From Escherichia phage phi2013, in sequence record MT427400.3: a stretch of 49,833 bases of DNA; one strand, written 5' to 3'. Made by a program: the position numbers and the translations under genes. How positions within the stretch are numbered: the first letter of the stretch is position 1; each line of letters opens with the position of its first letter. The notes beneath the pieces were generated by a model. The model had not been told where the DNA came from, ran no database searches, and saw nothing but the letters and a program-made list of their open reading frames with translations. Below, one piece after another: positions 17,255 through 28,495 of the stretch.

Positions 17255-17690
17255 TTATCAGATTCGTAGATTTCAAGGCGAGATTGATGCGTGGATTAAG
17301 GCAGCTGAAAGCACGTTAGAACATGCCATTGAGATATTCGTAAGGGATGTTCACGACGCTCTTGTTAGCCGCTCCCCTGTTGATACAGGTCGATTCAAGG
17401 GTAACTGGCAGATAACTTTTAACGAAATCCCTAACCACGCATTAAACCGATACGATAAAACTGGCAGTGTCGTAAGAGGTGAGGAGCAGGCCAAAACTTA
17501 TGGCATGTTCAGCCGTGGCGGCGCGATAACATCAGTTCACTTTTCAAACATGTTGATTTATGCAAACGCTCTTGAGTACGGTCATTCACAGCAAGCACCG
17601 AGCGGAGTTGTCGGTCTTGTGGCATTAAGGCTGAGATCATATATGGCTGACGCAATCAAGCAGGCAAGGAGACAGCAAAATGCACTATGA
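17247..17690 (+). CDS. neck/tail completion protein (by position)
   Basis: start uncertain: GTG 17247 after ggaggg; track ORF 17151-17690 overlaps upstream gene. Confidence 0.4.
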   Translation: MANYQIRRFQGEIDAWIKAAESTLEHAIEIFVRDVHDALVSRSPVDTGRFKGNWQITFNEIPNHALNRYDKTGSVVRGEEQAKTYGMFSRGGAITSVHFSNMLIYANALEYGHSQQAPSGVVGLVALRLRSYMADAIKQARRQQNAL

Positions 17691-18078
17691 GTTATCAGCG
17701 GCGGCGCGAGCCGCTTTTCTATCAAAGTACAGAGACTTTCCTCACTACATGGAAAACAGAAATTTCACACCTCCTAAGGATGGCGGCATGTGGCTGAGGT
17801 TCAACTACATTGAGGGGGATACGCTTTATCTATCCATTGACAGAAAGTGTAAATCTTACATCGCAATCGTTCAGATCGGCGTAGTGTTCCCTCCAGGCTC
17901 CGGCGTTGACGAAGCAAGATTGAAGGCAAAAGAGATTGCTGATTTTTTCAAAGATGGTAAAATGCTTAACGTTGGTTATATTTTCGAGGGTGCAATCGTG
18001 CATCAAATTGTTAAACATGAAAGCGGGTGGATGATTCCGGTTCGCTTTACAGTACGAGTAGACACAAAGGAGACTTAA
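17680..18078 (+). CDS. tail terminator-like protein (by position)
   Basis: 132 aa, SD aaggaga. Confidence 0.45.
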   Translation: MHYELSAAARAAFLSKYRDFPHYMENRNFTPPKDGGMWLRFNYIEGDTLYLSIDRKCKSYIAIVQIGVVFPPGSGVDEARLKAKEIADFFKDGKMLNVGYIFEGAIVHQIVKHESGWMIPVRFTVRVDTKET

Positions 18079-18079
18079 T

Positions 18080-18748
18080 ATGCACTTACCAAATGGCGCG
18101 CAAATTTTCGTGGAAACCTCTCGCGGAGAAGAGATAGAGGCGACCGCTGTCACTAACGAAAAAAATCCTGTTGCTACAGTTGCATCTAAAGGTGACTTAG
18201 TAAAAGGTGATTACGTTATTGTAACTCAGTCAACTTGGGCTAAGATGGTTAGTCGAGTACTAATTGTTACTGACGCTCAGGAAACAAGTATTACTCTTGC
18301 TGGAATTGACACTACTGATACTCTTGTTTTCCCGGCTGGCGGTACAATGAGCTTTGCAAAAGTTACTGGTTGGACTGAGATCCCTTGCGTACAGGAGATT
18401 GGTCAGGACGGCGGCGAGCAGCAGTATTACACTTATCAGTGTTTGTCCGACGATAAAGAACAGCAGATCCCTACGTTTAAATCTGCAATCTCGCTAACGT
18501 ACACCTTCGCGCACGAATTTGATAACCCTATCTATCCTATTCTGCGTAAGCTGGATTCTTCTGGTCAGGTAACTGCGGTTCGGATGTATGTTCCAAAAGC
18601 GAACGAGATGCGCATGTGGGCTGGTATCTTGTCTTTTAACGACATTCCGTCTACGCAAGTAAACGAAATGGAAACGGTACAACTAGCCGTATCCCTGAAA
18701 GGTGACTTTACTTTCATCTCATCCACTCTGGCATCGCCTGGTGCTTAA
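18080..18748 (+). CDS. major tail (tube) protein
   Basis: 222 aa; SD aaggaga; immediately upstream of chaperone and tape measure genes. Confidence 0.6.
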   Translation: MHLPNGAQIFVETSRGEEIEATAVTNEKNPVATVASKGDLVKGDYVIVTQSTWAKMVSRVLIVTDAQETSITLAGIDTTDTLVFPAGGTMSFAKVTGWTEIPCVQEIGQDGGEQQYYTYQCLSDDKEQQIPTFKSAISLTYTFAHEFDNPIYPILRKLDSSGQVTAVRMYVPKANEMRMWAGILSFNDIPSTQVNEMETVQLAVSLKGDFTFISSTLASPGA

Positions 18749-18760
18749 ATACCATCCATA

Positions 18761-18785
18761 GGGGGCTTGCGCCCCCTTATTCATT
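18761..18785 (+). terminator. rho-independent terminator
   Basis: gggggc ttgc gccccc then T-rich. Confidence 0.5.
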
Positions 18786-18861
18786 TCTGTAAAATCATCC
18801 TATCAACTCTATTCACTTAACTTTTAACAAAAAGTGCTATCAACCAATCAGGAGAAACATC

Positions 18862-19179
18862 ATGGCTAAATTCAATTTCGTGTTGGGCCAGCTTCCAGAC
18901 TTCAAACTTCCGGTGACGTTCACCATGCCAAACGGCGAGGATGCAACTATTATTTTTACAGTGCGCCACCTTTCCAGTAAAGAAGTGCAAGATATGTATG
19001 CGAAGCAGGGCGAAATGAATGATAGCGATTTCATCACTAAGATCGCGTCAGGCTGGAATCTGGAAGAAGAATTTAACGAAGAGAATACGCGTAAACTGGT
19101 ACAGTATTATCCTTCCGCAGCGTACAACCTGACGGCAACTTACATCAAGGCGCTTGCCGGACACCGCGCAAAAAACTAA
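18862..19179 (+). CDS. tail assembly chaperone (G-like, short form)
   Basis: 105 aa directly upstream of tape measure gene; ends at slippery site. Confidence 0.6.
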   Translation: MAKFNFVLGQLPDFKLPVTFTMPNGEDATIIFTVRHLSSKEVQDMYAKQGEMNDSDFITKIASGWNLEEEFNEENTRKLVQYYPSAAYNLTATYIKALAGHRAKN

Positions 19180-19496
19180 AAAGGGCGGTTTATCTGTTAT
19201 ATCAGAAACCGCCGACAGAAGAGCAATTACGATCGGTTGGCCTCAGTCTTTCTGACTATGAAGACGAGGAACCGGAAACGATAATCGGCGATACTGAAAT
19301 GGTGAAGGCGTGGAATGTTTTTACGTCAATGCTCACTCAGTGGAGAAGTTCAGGCGCTGGAGCTTATGGTCTTGACTATAATGTTTTGCCTATGTTGTTC
19401 AAAATCTATAAAATAGAAGATGAAGAACTGGCATTGCAGGACGTTAGAATCATGGAAGCGAAAGCGCTTGAAATGGTTGCTAAGCAAAACAACTAA
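18862..19496 (+). CDS. tail assembly chaperone, -1 frameshift-extended form (GT-like)
   Basis: slippery A_AAA_AAC 19170-19176; -1 frame open with no stop from 19176 to TAA 19494-19496, in frame with track ORF 19299-19496. Confidence 0.5.
19170..19213 (+). promoter_or_regulatory. -1 programmed ribosomal frameshift signal (slippery heptamer plus stem-loop)
   Basis: A_AAA_AAC at 19170-19176; 7-nt spacer; 8-bp stem GGCGGTTT(19184-19191)/AAACCGCC(19206-19213). Confidence 0.55.
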
Positions 19497-19518
19497 GCCG
19501 CCGTTTGGCGGTTTTTTC
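19497..19518 (+). terminator. hairpin with T-run between chaperone and tape measure genes
   Basis: ccgcc gttt ggcgg then T6. Confidence 0.45.
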
Positions 19519-19534
19519 GTATATAGGGGGTTAT

Positions 19535-22408
19535 ATGGTTGATAAGGTAGCAGGTCTGTCGCTTGACGTTGATGTGTCAACAGTGCAGCGCGCCGTCAAG
19601 TCACTGAAAGAGTTTTCAAAGGCCAACGACCAGGCCGCTGATTCTATGGGTTCTTTAATCAATGAGTCAGAGGTTGCAAAACAGAAGGCCAAAGAACACG
19701 CTGAACAACTAAGGCGCCAGAGAAAAGAGTATGAGGCCGTGGAGAAGGCAATCGATCCTACAGTATCAAAAATGGAAAGGTTGAAGATTGCATCTCAGCA
19801 GCTTGATAAACTCTGGCAGCAGGGAGTCGTTCCAGATGAGACGTTTTTCCGTTTGGGTGAAATGCTGGATCTGCAAAACGCAAAACTTGCTCGCAGCCGG
19901 GCTATGCTTACGGAAGAAGGTCAGGCGGCATTGCAGGAAGCGAAAGCAAAAGAGCAGGCGGCAGCACGAAGCAAGGCGTTCATGGATGCCCTGAATGGTC
20001 AAGTTAACGCGATCGGCAAGACTCATGCTGAATTGATGGAACTGAAAGCGGCTGAGCTTGGTTTATCGAAAGAAGCAGCACCACTAATCGCAAAACTTAA
20101 AGATCAAGGCCGAGCTATGAATGCAGCAGGTATTAGCGCCGGGGAATACAGGCAAGCAATGCGAATGCTTCCTGCACAGATTACCGACGTCGTTACATCT
20201 CTTGCGTCCGGCATGCCAGTTTGGATGGTTGCCATCCAGCAAGGCGGTCAAATCAAGGACTCGTTCGGCGGGATTGGTAATACGTTTAAAGTGTTGCTGA
20301 GTTATATTAATCCAGTCACAGCAGGTATTGGCGTTCTTGTTGGTTCGTTAGGTCTTCTGGCGAAAGCTGGTTATGACTCTTACAAGTCAATAACTGATAT
20401 TCAGAATGCGCTTATTGAGACTGGCGGTTATGCAGGTGTTACGGCTGAAGATCTTGATTCAGTGTCTAAAAAGATCGCGCAGACAAGTAACTCAACCATT
20501 GGGAGTATTCGCGAGATTGTAACGGAGTTGGCAAGTTCTGGTAAGTACACCCGCGAGCAGATCCAGAACATCACTAAGGCTACCGCAGAGTGGTCAGCGT
20601 CAACAGGAAAATCAGCAAGTCAAATTATTTCTGAGTTCGACAAAATCGCAAGCGATCCGGTAAAAGGTCTGAAGAAGTTAAATGAGCAATATAATTTCCT
20701 TGAAAAAGGGCAGCTTACCTATATCGATACATTAAGCCGGACGAAAGGAGAAACTGAGGCAGTATCTGAAGCAACGAAATTATTCGCCGACGTAATGGAA
20801 AAGCGAATGAAGTCAATAGCGGATAATGCTACCCCTCTGGAAAAAATGTGGAACGATATTAAACAATGGGCTTCGGACGCGTGGGGATGGGTGGGTGATC
20901 ATACACTTGGGGCGCTAAACCTGATTATTGATGTGGTTCAGGGTACAGTGATTCAGGTAAAAATGATTCTTGCGAAAGGTGACGAATACATCTCAAACTT
21001 TATTGCCTCTGCGATTAAGGCTACACAGTCTCTTCCTGGTATGAGTGATTTCGGCGCTGATGTACTGAAGGAGCAGGAGAATATTGTAAAAAGTTCTCGC
21101 GACAACTACGATCAGTTATCTTCAGAGCTTGACGCTATTAACGCTCGTGTAGAAAAAGGAGAGATGGGATACATTGAAGCAATGAGGCAGCGTCGCACTC
21201 TTGAAAAGCAGTACAGCGAGGAAACTAAGGAGGCAATAAGGAAAGAAGCAGAAGAGATCGAGAAGCGAAACCGAGAACGAAATAAGCAGTCGAAAATTGT
21301 ACGCTCACCGACAGAGCAATTCGACAAGGAGTTAATTTCACTCAAGGCTCAACTTAAGGTATTGCAGGAGCACAAGGAGATCGGGCAAAAACTTTCCGCA
21401 CAGAGAAAGGCGTTGTTTACAACTGAGGCTACGATCGCTGTTCTTCGCGAAGCCAGCTCTAAGCGTCAGTTGTCTGCGGAAGAAAAAGCGTTGCTGGCAA
21501 GTCAGGAGAGAGTTATTGAGCTTGCAAAACAGAAGGCCGAGATTGGCGATCAGATTGTTAAGCAACAACAGTTGAATGATCTTACCGATAAATCTCTGAA
21601 GTTTGTCAATGAGATGACGGCGGCGACAGAACAGCTTAACGCGTCACGCGGTCTTAGCACGCGCGAAATGGAACGACAAGCGGAACTGGCTAAAATAACC
21701 ACTGATTACATCAACTCTGGAGGTAGTGAGGGAGACGAAAAACTCCAGAACATGATTAAGGCGCAAAATGATTACTACGCTGCGGAAGATGCCAAGCGTG
21801 CTGACTGGTTAGCTGGTGCTGAAAGTGCTTTTGCTGATTACGGTGATGCAGCAATGGATATGTACGGCAATGTTAACGATATCGCGTCAAGTGCACTTAA
21901 CGGAATGTCAGATATGATGGTTCAATTTCTGACCACAGGAAAAGCGAACTTTGAGGACTTTGCGAAAAATATCATCGGCATGATTATAAAGATGATTGCT
22001 CAGATGGTAATCTTCAATACGATCTCAGGCATGATGGGCGGTAAGACGTGGAGCTTTGCTGGAGGGGCGTCGTCTGGTGCTTCTGCGGCATCACAGGCAA
22101 CCCCTACACCTGCCGCTTCTGTTTTTAGATCTGCATCATCCGGCGGGGCCGCTGTATCACTTGCTGCCGCAGCGGGTAGCGTGGCAACCTCTGGATTCAA
22201 CGCATCAAACTCGGCGCCAAAGGCGATAAACCATTCAGGAGGTGGAACGGTAGTTGATGTTAGTGGAATGGAGGTGAGAGTTGACAACGGCTCAGATCCG
22301 AGGGGGATTTCTCAGGGTGTAGAAATGATGTTCAAAAAGATGATTCGCGAGTCTTGTTCGCAGGGCGGCGAGGTTTATAATTACATTCAGGAAAAAACAG
22401 GAGGCTAA
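19535..22408 (+). CDS. tail tape measure protein
   Basis: 957 aa, the longest helical/coiled-coil-rich ORF; SD aggggg; position after chaperone. Confidence 0.85.
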   Translation: MVDKVAGLSLDVDVSTVQRAVKSLKEFSKANDQAADSMGSLINESEVAKQKAKEHAEQLRRQRKEYEAVEKAIDPTVSKMERLKIASQQLDKLWQQGVVPDETFFRLGEMLDLQNAKLARSRAMLTEEGQAALQEAKAKEQAAARSKAFMDALNGQVNAIGKTHAELMELKAAELGLSKEAAPLIAKLKDQGRAMNAAGISAGEYRQAMRMLPAQITDVVTSLASGMPVWMVAIQQGGQIKDSFGGIGNTFKVLLSYINPVTAGIGVLVGSLGLLAKAGYDSYKSITDIQNALIETGGYAGVTAEDLDSVSKKIAQTSNSTIGSIREIVTELASSGKYTREQIQNITKATAEWSASTGKSASQIISEFDKIASDPVKGLKKLNEQYNFLEKGQLTYIDTLSRTKGETEAVSEATKLFADVMEKRMKSIADNATPLEKMWNDIKQWASDAWGWVGDHTLGALNLIIDVVQGTVIQVKMILAKGDEYISNFIASAIKATQSLPGMSDFGADVLKEQENIVKSSRDNYDQLSSELDAINARVEKGEMGYIEAMRQRRTLEKQYSEETKEAIRKEAEEIEKRNRERNKQSKIVRSPTEQFDKELISLKAQLKVLQEHKEIGQKLSAQRKALFTTEATIAVLREASSKRQLSAEEKALLASQERVIELAKQKAEIGDQIVKQQQLNDLTDKSLKFVNEMTAATEQLNASRGLSTREMERQAELAKITTDYINSGGSEGDEKLQNMIKAQNDYYAAEDAKRADWLAGAESAFADYGDAAMDMYGNVNDIASSALNGMSDMMVQFLTTGKANFEDFAKNIIGMIIKMIAQMVIFNTISGMMGGKTWSFAGGASSGASAASQATPTPAASVFRSASSGGAAVSLAAAAGSVATSGFNASNSAPKAINHSGGGTVVDVSGMEVRVDNGSDPRGISQGVEMMFKKMIRESCSQGGEVYNYIQEKTGG

Positions 22409-22410
22409 TA

Positions 22411-22764
22411 ATGGCTGCACTTGACACTTTCGGTTGGTGTACGCAGGTTCAAGGGGGCGGCGGCTCCCTTACCACTACCAATAACGACCGCTCCATCCAG
22501 TTTGGTAACGGCTACATGCAGCTTGCATCGTCTGGATTTAACACCACTCGACGCGAGTATTCAGTCGTCTATGCCGGGGAAGATTTCATGGCTGTTTACG
22601 ACTTCTGCAACTCTCACCGCATAAAGCCGTTCGCATGGACGCCGCCGGACGGGAAGATCGGAATATGGGTTGTAAAGCCTAACAGCTTGGGAGCTAAGCC
22701 AGTATCACGCGACGTGATGGAAATTAACGTAACGTTTATGGAGCAGTTTACATCTATGGAATAG
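22411..22764 (+). CDS. minor tail protein (lambda M-like, by position)
   Basis: 117 aa directly after tape measure, before L/K/I/J-like genes. Confidence 0.6.
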   Translation: MAALDTFGWCTQVQGGGGSLTTTNNDRSIQFGNGYMQLASSGFNTTRREYSVVYAGEDFMAVYDFCNSHRIKPFAWTPPDGKIGIWVVKPNSLGAKPVSRDVMEINVTFMEQFTSME

Positions 22765-22777
22765 CACCTCATGACAA

Positions 22778-22802
22778 AAGCCCGCCTTGCGCGGGTTTTT
22801 TT
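22778..22802 (+). terminator. rho-independent terminator
   Basis: cccgc cttgc gcggg then T7; same hairpin as 24958-24982. Confidence 0.55.
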
Positions 22803-22843
22803 GTAGCTGTAGAATGGTTGCAACTAAACAAGAGGAAAAGACA

Positions 22844-23626
22844 ATGAGCGAAAACAAAAAACTTTATGATGAAGAAAGCGGAAAGAGCCTGTTTCACAAC
22901 TGCCTTCAGTCACTGTATCCAGGGGAGATAATCACACTGATTGAAGTTGATGGTAGCAAGTTCGGCGCTCAGGTTTACAGATTTCACGGAGAGAATATCC
23001 AGTACACTCCAGAAGAAATAATGCAGGCCCAGCAAACCGGAACACTACCGCCGAAAGAAATTACATTCCGTGGTGAGCAATACGGAGCGCGCCCGTTCGG
23101 TATATCCGGGATCTCGTTTGATAGTTCCGGCAAGGCAACAAAACCACAATTAACAGTGGCAAATATTGATAGCAGAGTGTCGGCAATGATTCGCGCATAT
23201 AACGGATTGATGCAGGCGAAGGTGACAATCTGGATCACTCAAAAGGACTTAATTCAACCTGACGGCTCAATCGCTGATGGAGCTTACCGTAAACTGGTAT
23301 ACTATATCGAACGCCCGAGCTATGTCGATAAGAGTGTTGCGTGGTTCGATCTCACATCACCGTATGATATGGATGGCATCATGATCCCATCTCGACTCAC
23401 ACAAAGCGTATGCTATTGGGCGCAGCGTGGATGGTATAAAACCGGGAAGGGCTGCGGATATAACGGGCAAAACGGTTACTTTGATAAAGACAATAACCCG
23501 GTAGATGATCCTTCACTGGACTTTTGCCCAGGAACGGTAACGGCCTGCCGCCTGCGATTCGGCGCAAACAATGAATTGGATTTTGGCGGTTGCGCTGTCG
23601 CTTCACTACAGAGGAAAAATCAATGA
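22844..23626 (+). CDS. minor tail protein (lambda L-like)
   Basis: SD aagagga before ATG 22844; C-terminal Cys cluster (C..C...C...C) as recalled for Fe-S-binding gpL. Confidence 0.65.
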   Translation: MSENKKLYDEESGKSLFHNCLQSLYPGEIITLIEVDGSKFGAQVYRFHGENIQYTPEEIMQAQQTGTLPPKEITFRGEQYGARPFGISGISFDSSGKATKPQLTVANIDSRVSAMIRAYNGLMQAKVTIWITQKDLIQPDGSIADGAYRKLVYYIERPSYVDKSVAWFDLTSPYDMDGIMIPSRLTQSVCYWAQRGWYKTGKGCGYNGQNGYFDKDNNPVDDPSLDFCPGTVTACRLRFGANNELDFGGCAVASLQRKNQ

Positions 23627-24357
23627 TTAGTGCAAAAATTAAACTTGAAATTATGACTCACGCTCAAGAAGAATACCCACGCGAATGCTGCGGGGTAGTC
23701 ACCCAAAAGGGCCGATTGCAAAAATACCATCGCGTTGATAATGTACATCGCGATCCTGAGAATCACTTCATGATGGACGCAGTGCAATACGCATGTATTG
23801 AGGACGACGCAGACTCAACCACGATCGCAATTGTCCACAGCCACACCGGTGACGGAGCTACAACTCTTCCCAGCGCTCACGATACGTGCATGTGTAATGA
23901 GATGGAAGTGACCTGGATTATTGTTAGCGTGCCGGAAGGAGATATGCGCTTTGTGAAGCCTGAGAAATTGCCCCTGATTGGTCGCCCGTGGTCGTTAGGC
24001 TCCTTTGATTGTTACGGCCTTGTGATGGCGTGGCATAAAGAGCATGGCGTAGAGTTGCGCGATCGCCGATTGAATTTTGAATGGTGGAAGCCTGAGCACG
24101 GACTTAATCTCTATCAGGATTATTACAAGCAAGATGGATTCGTAGAGATTCCAGATCAGAATAACCCGTCATTCGGTGATATGGTAATCATGCAGATAGG
24201 GCAAAACGTTCCGGTATGGAACCATGCAGGGATTTACCTGGGAGATAATCAGATCTTGCATCATGCCTTCGGCAAGCTATCTCGTCGTGATATTTATTCC
24301 GGATGGTATCAGGATCACACTGTTTTAATTGTTCGCCATAAGGATCTCAAATTATGA
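23623..24357 (+). CDS. tail tip assembly protein (lambda K-like; JAB/MPN plus NlpC/P60-like)
   Basis: HSHTGDGATTLPSAHD fits JAMM motif HxH...S..D; C-terminal Cys/His-containing half. Confidence 0.7.
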   Translation: MISAKIKLEIMTHAQEEYPRECCGVVTQKGRLQKYHRVDNVHRDPENHFMMDAVQYACIEDDADSTTIAIVHSHTGDGATTLPSAHDTCMCNEMEVTWIIVSVPEGDMRFVKPEKLPLIGRPWSLGSFDCYGLVMAWHKEHGVELRDRRLNFEWWKPEHGLNLYQDYYKQDGFVEIPDQNNPSFGDMVIMQIGQNVPVWNHAGIYLGDNQILHHAFGKLSRRDIYSGWYQDHTVLIVRHKDLKL

Positions 24358-24953
24358 ATGATGTAAAAGTAATCAAATTATCAGGTTCACTTGGAAGGCG
24401 CTTTGGCGTCTTTCACCGATTTGCTGTTGACTCTTACCCGGAAGCTATCCGGGCGCTATCTAGTCAGGTAGACGGATTTAAAGAATACATGCAAAGTGAG
24501 GTAGGTTCGCGTAGCAAGTTTGCAATATTTGTGGACGGCGTTAACGTAGGCCACCATGAAGAGGAGAAATTCAAGTGCGCAAAAGAGATAAGAATTGTGC
24601 CGATCCCAACTGGTTCTAAGTCCGGCGGTCTATTCCAGGTGGTATTGGGAGCGGCAATAATGGTTGCGGCATTCTATACTGGAGGCGCATCTCTGGCGTT
24701 AATGGGTACAATGTCCTCATCACTGTTTATGATGGGCGGCGCTATGGTGTTGGGTGGAGTGATGCAGATGATTTCACCGCAGCCGGGAGGCGCAAACTTT
24801 GAAGTTCAATCAAGCAAGAATAAACCTTCTTACGCGTTCGGCGGTGCTGTCAATACGACGGCGGCTGGATACCCTCTCCCGGTCCCGTATGGATATCGCG
24901 CCGGAGGTGGCGCAACTTTCTCAGCAGGTTCTTATGCCGAGGATATGAGTTAA
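24354..24953 (+). CDS. tail tip assembly protein (lambda I-like)
   Basis: 199 aa; Gly/Ala-rich hydrophobic C-terminal half; overlaps K stop. Confidence 0.55.
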   Translation: MNDVKVIKLSGSLGRRFGVFHRFAVDSYPEAIRALSSQVDGFKEYMQSEVGSRSKFAIFVDGVNVGHHEEEKFKCAKEIRIVPIPTGSKSGGLFQVVLGAAIMVAAFYTGGASLALMGTMSSSLFMMGGAMVLGGVMQMISPQPGGANFEVQSSKNKPSYAFGGAVNTTAAGYPLPVPYGYRAGGGATFSAGSYAEDMS

Positions 24954-24957
24954 AATT

Positions 24958-24982
24958 AACCCGCCTTGCGCGGGTTTTTTTT
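24958..24982 (+). terminator. rho-independent terminator
   Basis: cccgc cttgc gcggg then T8. Confidence 0.55.
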
Positions 24983-25030
24983 CGCCTGTATAATGAGTCC
25001 ACCGATAAATAGCACAAAAAGGTAAACATC

Positions 25031-28000
25031 ATGATTCAAAAAGTGATAAGTGGATCTAAAGGCGGCTCGCCTAAGCCTCATAATCCAGTTGAGATGGAAG
25101 ACAATCTAATCTCAATCAACAAAATCAAGATCCTGTTAGCTGTATCTGATGGTGAAATTGACGAAACATTCAGCCTGAAGCAGTTGATGTTTAACTCAGT
25201 CCCGGTGCAAAACGAGGATGGATCGTTCAACTTCGAAGGGGTAAAGGCTGAGTTCAGGCCGGGAACTCAGACGCAGGAATACATCAAGGGCATGGAGGAT
25301 AGTTCCAGCGAGGTAACTGTAAATCGTGAGGTTACTACCGATAACCCATACACGATCTCAGTGACCAATAAAACACTATCGGCAATACGCATCAAAATGT
25401 TCATGCCTCGCGGCGTACGAATTGAAAGTAACGGTGATAAAAATGGCGTAAGAGTTGAGTATGAGGTGCAACAAGCTGTTGATGGCGGTTCGTTTGAGAC
25501 TGTTCTTACTGACGTAATTGAAGGCAAAACAATGTCAGGTTACGACAGAAGTCGACGTGTAAACCTGCCTAGCTTTAACAACCAGGTAATATTCAGAGTT
25601 GTTCGAAAGACTCCAGACTCTAACGACTCTAACGTTGTTGATGCGATCCAGGTAAAGAGCTATGCCGAGGTGATTGATGCCAAATTCCGTTACCCTCTGA
25701 CAGGTCTTCTTTTCGTCGAGTTCGACTCGAAGATGTTCCCAAACCAGTTACCTACGATCTCAATTCGTAAGCGCTGGAAGATTGTAAACGTTCCATCAAA
25801 CTACGATCCGGAATCACGAACCTACAACGGCAATTGGGATGGGACTTTCAAGAAGGCGTGGACTAACAACCCGGCATGGGTTCTATACGATCTGATGATT
25901 AATCAGCGCTACGGTCTGGATCAGAAGGAGCTTGGAATCTCCGTCGATAAATGGGCGCTCTACGAGGCCGCGCAATATTGCGATCAGATGGTTCCTGATG
26001 GGAAGGGCGGGACGGAGCCTAGATACCTTTGCGACGTGATAATTCAGTCACAGACTGATGCGTACAAGGTGATTCGAGATATTTGCTCAATATTCCGTGG
26101 CATGAGCTTCTGGAATGGTGAAAGCATCTCGGTAATCATCGACAGACCGCGTGAGCCTGCGTACATCTTCACTAACGACAACGTTGTTAATGGTGACTTC
26201 TCCTATACGTTCGCAAGCGAAAAGAGTATGTACACGACGTGTAACGTGATGTTTGACGATGAACAAAACATGTATCAACAGGACGTTGAGCCAGTATTCG
26301 ATCGTGAGGCGACTCTGCGGTTCGGTAATAACGTAACCAGCATTACAGCGATAGGTTGCACGCGTCGAAGCGAGGCTAACCGACGAGGGCGATGGATTCT
26401 GAAGACCAACCTTCGCAGCACTACGGTAAACTTCGCGACCGGACTGGAAGGGATGATCCCGACAATCGGAGATGTTGTGGCAATAGCTGATAACTTCTGG
26501 TCAAGTAACTTGACGATGAACCTATCAGGGCGCTTGCTCGAAGTGTCTGGAAGTCAGATTTTCTTGCCGTTCCGTGTGGATGCACGAGCGGGTGACTTTA
26601 TTATCGTAAATAAGCCAGATGGCAAGCCCGTGAAGCGCACAATCTCAAGCGTTAGTGCGGATGGCAAGACTATAGAGATTAACATCGGCTTTGGCTTTCC
26701 TGTAAAGCCTAACACGGTATTCGCTATCGACAGAACCGACATTGCGTTACAGCAGTACGTCGTGACAAAAATCGATAAGGGCGATGATGACGAGGAATTT
26801 ACCTACAAAATCACGGCGGTGGAGTACGATCCTAACAAGTACGATGAGATTGATTACGGAGTTAACATCGACGACAGGCCGACGAGCATCGTTGAACCAG
26901 ATCAGATCCCTAGACCGGAAAACGTGCAAGTGTCCTCAGAGTCGAGAATCGTCCAGGGGATGAGCGTAGAAACGATGATTGTTAGCTGGGATAAAGTGCC
27001 GTACGCAGTTTTCTATGACGTACAGTGGAGAAAGGATAACGGCAACTGGCAAAACGTTCCGCAGACAGCAAACAAAGAGGTTTATGTTGAAGGGATTTAC
27101 GCTGGCAACTATCAGGTTCGCGTTCGCTCCGTAGCTGGTTCCGGTACGACTTCAGGATGGTCAAATGTCGTAGCTGCGACGCTGACGGGCAAACAAGGTG
27201 AGCCGGGTGGACCGATTAACCTTACAGCTACGGATGATGTTGTTTTTGGTATCCGTACAAAATGGGGGTTCTCTGATGGTTCTGGAGATACGGCCTATAC
27301 AGAGTTGCAACAGTCACCAGATGGAACAGTGGATAACGCAAGTTTGCTTTCTTTGATTCCGTACCCGCAGCATGAGTATTATCACTCACCGATGCCTGGA
27401 GGGAATATTGTTTGGTATCGTGTAAGGACGGTTGATAGGATCGGTAACGTGTCTCAGTGGACTGATTTTGTCAGAGGTATGGCATCAACAAACGTTGACG
27501 ATATCATTGGGGAGATTTCTGTCGATATCGAAAACTCGCCGGGTTACGAGTGGCTTGTTGATAACGCAACCGACAACGCGGCGCAGAACGCAGCTAACGC
27601 AGAGGCAGCAATAGAAAACGCGCTCGCCAATGACAAAGACGCGATCTACATGAAGAAGGAGAACGGAAAACGAAAAGCTGAGTACACGAAATCACTGAAA
27701 CTTATTGCTGATGAGACGCAGGCGCGAGTGACGGCGATCGAGCAATTGAAGGCAAGTTTTGGCGATCAGATTAGCGCTAGCAACAGCGAATTGCGTGAAG
27801 TTATCGCAACTGAGACTGGAGCGCTATCGCGTGAAATTGACCAACTCAGGGCAGAGATTGGTGATGATATCCAGGCAAGTTTGACCGATATCAGAGAGGC
27901 TATAGCAAACGAGACTGAGGCGAGAACGCAAGCTGACTTGTCGTTAAGCGCGAGGCTTGGGAATAATGAGGCAGCACTTTCTCAAAAACTTGATTCGTGG

Positions 28001-28450
28001 AGCAATGCAGATTCGACTGGTGCAATGTACGGCGTCAAGCTCGGTCTGAAGTATAACGGCCAAGAATACAGTGCAGGCATGGCTATGTCTCTGATTGGTT
28101 CCGGAGCTGCGGTTAAGGCGCAGATTTTGTTTGAGGCATCACGATTTGCCATCATGAATGGAATGAATGGTCAGACTCAGTACCCATTCGTTGTTGAGAA
28201 TGGCCAGGTTATTTTAAGTAGCGCGATTATCAAGAACGGATTCATCACTAACGCAATGATTGGAAACTTCATCCAGTCGAATAACTATGTATTTAACCAG
28301 TCCGGATGGAGTCTTGACAAGGGTGGAACATTCGAAAACTACGGAAGTGACGGTGAGGGTGCAATGAAGCAAACTAATACCACAATATCTGTTATGGATG
28401 CGAGTGGTCGCCTGAGGGTTCAGATTGGCAGGTTGACTGGTTCATGGTAA
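25031..28450 (+). CDS. tail tip / host specificity protein (lambda J-like)
   Basis: 1139 aa immediately after M-L-K-I-like genes. Confidence 0.8.
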   Translation: MIQKVISGSKGGSPKPHNPVEMEDNLISINKIKILLAVSDGEIDETFSLKQLMFNSVPVQNEDGSFNFEGVKAEFRPGTQTQEYIKGMEDSSSEVTVNREVTTDNPYTISVTNKTLSAIRIKMFMPRGVRIESNGDKNGVRVEYEVQQAVDGGSFETVLTDVIEGKTMSGYDRSRRVNLPSFNNQVIFRVVRKTPDSNDSNVVDAIQVKSYAEVIDAKFRYPLTGLLFVEFDSKMFPNQLPTISIRKRWKIVNVPSNYDPESRTYNGNWDGTFKKAWTNNPAWVLYDLMINQRYGLDQKELGISVDKWALYEAAQYCDQMVPDGKGGTEPRYLCDVIIQSQTDAYKVIRDICSIFRGMSFWNGESISVIIDRPREPAYIFTNDNVVNGDFSYTFASEKSMYTTCNVMFDDEQNMYQQDVEPVFDREATLRFGNNVTSITAIGCTRRSEANRRGRWILKTNLRSTTVNFATGLEGMIPTIGDVVAIADNFWSSNLTMNLSGRLLEVSGSQIFLPFRVDARAGDFIIVNKPDGKPVKRTISSVSADGKTIEINIGFGFPVKPNTVFAIDRTDIALQQYVVTKIDKGDDDEEFTYKITAVEYDPNKYDEIDYGVNIDDRPTSIVEPDQIPRPENVQVSSESRIVQGMSVETMIVSWDKVPYAVFYDVQWRKDNGNWQNVPQTANKEVYVEGIYAGNYQVRVRSVAGSGTTSGWSNVVAATLTGKQGEPGGPINLTATDDVVFGIRTKWGFSDGSGDTAYTELQQSPDGTVDNASLLSLIPYPQHEYYHSPMPGGNIVWYRVRTVDRIGNVSQWTDFVRGMASTNVDDIIGEISVDIENSPGYEWLVDNATDNAAQNAANAEAAIENALANDKDAIYMKKENGKRKAEYTKSLKLIADETQARVTAIEQLKASFGDQISASNSELREVIATETGALSREIDQLRAEIGDDIQASLTDIREAIANETEARTQADLSLSARLGNNEAALSQKLDSWSNADSTGAMYGVKLGLKYNGQEYSAGMAMSLIGSGAAVKAQILFEASRFAIMNGMNGQTQYPFVVENGQVILSSAIIKNGFITNAMIGNFIQSNNYVFNQSGWSLDKGGTFENYGSDGEGAMKQTNTTISVMDASGRLRVQIGRLTGSW

Positions 28451-28495
28451 TATCAAGGGCATCGAGAGATGCCATTTTCTTTTGGAGGATTTATT

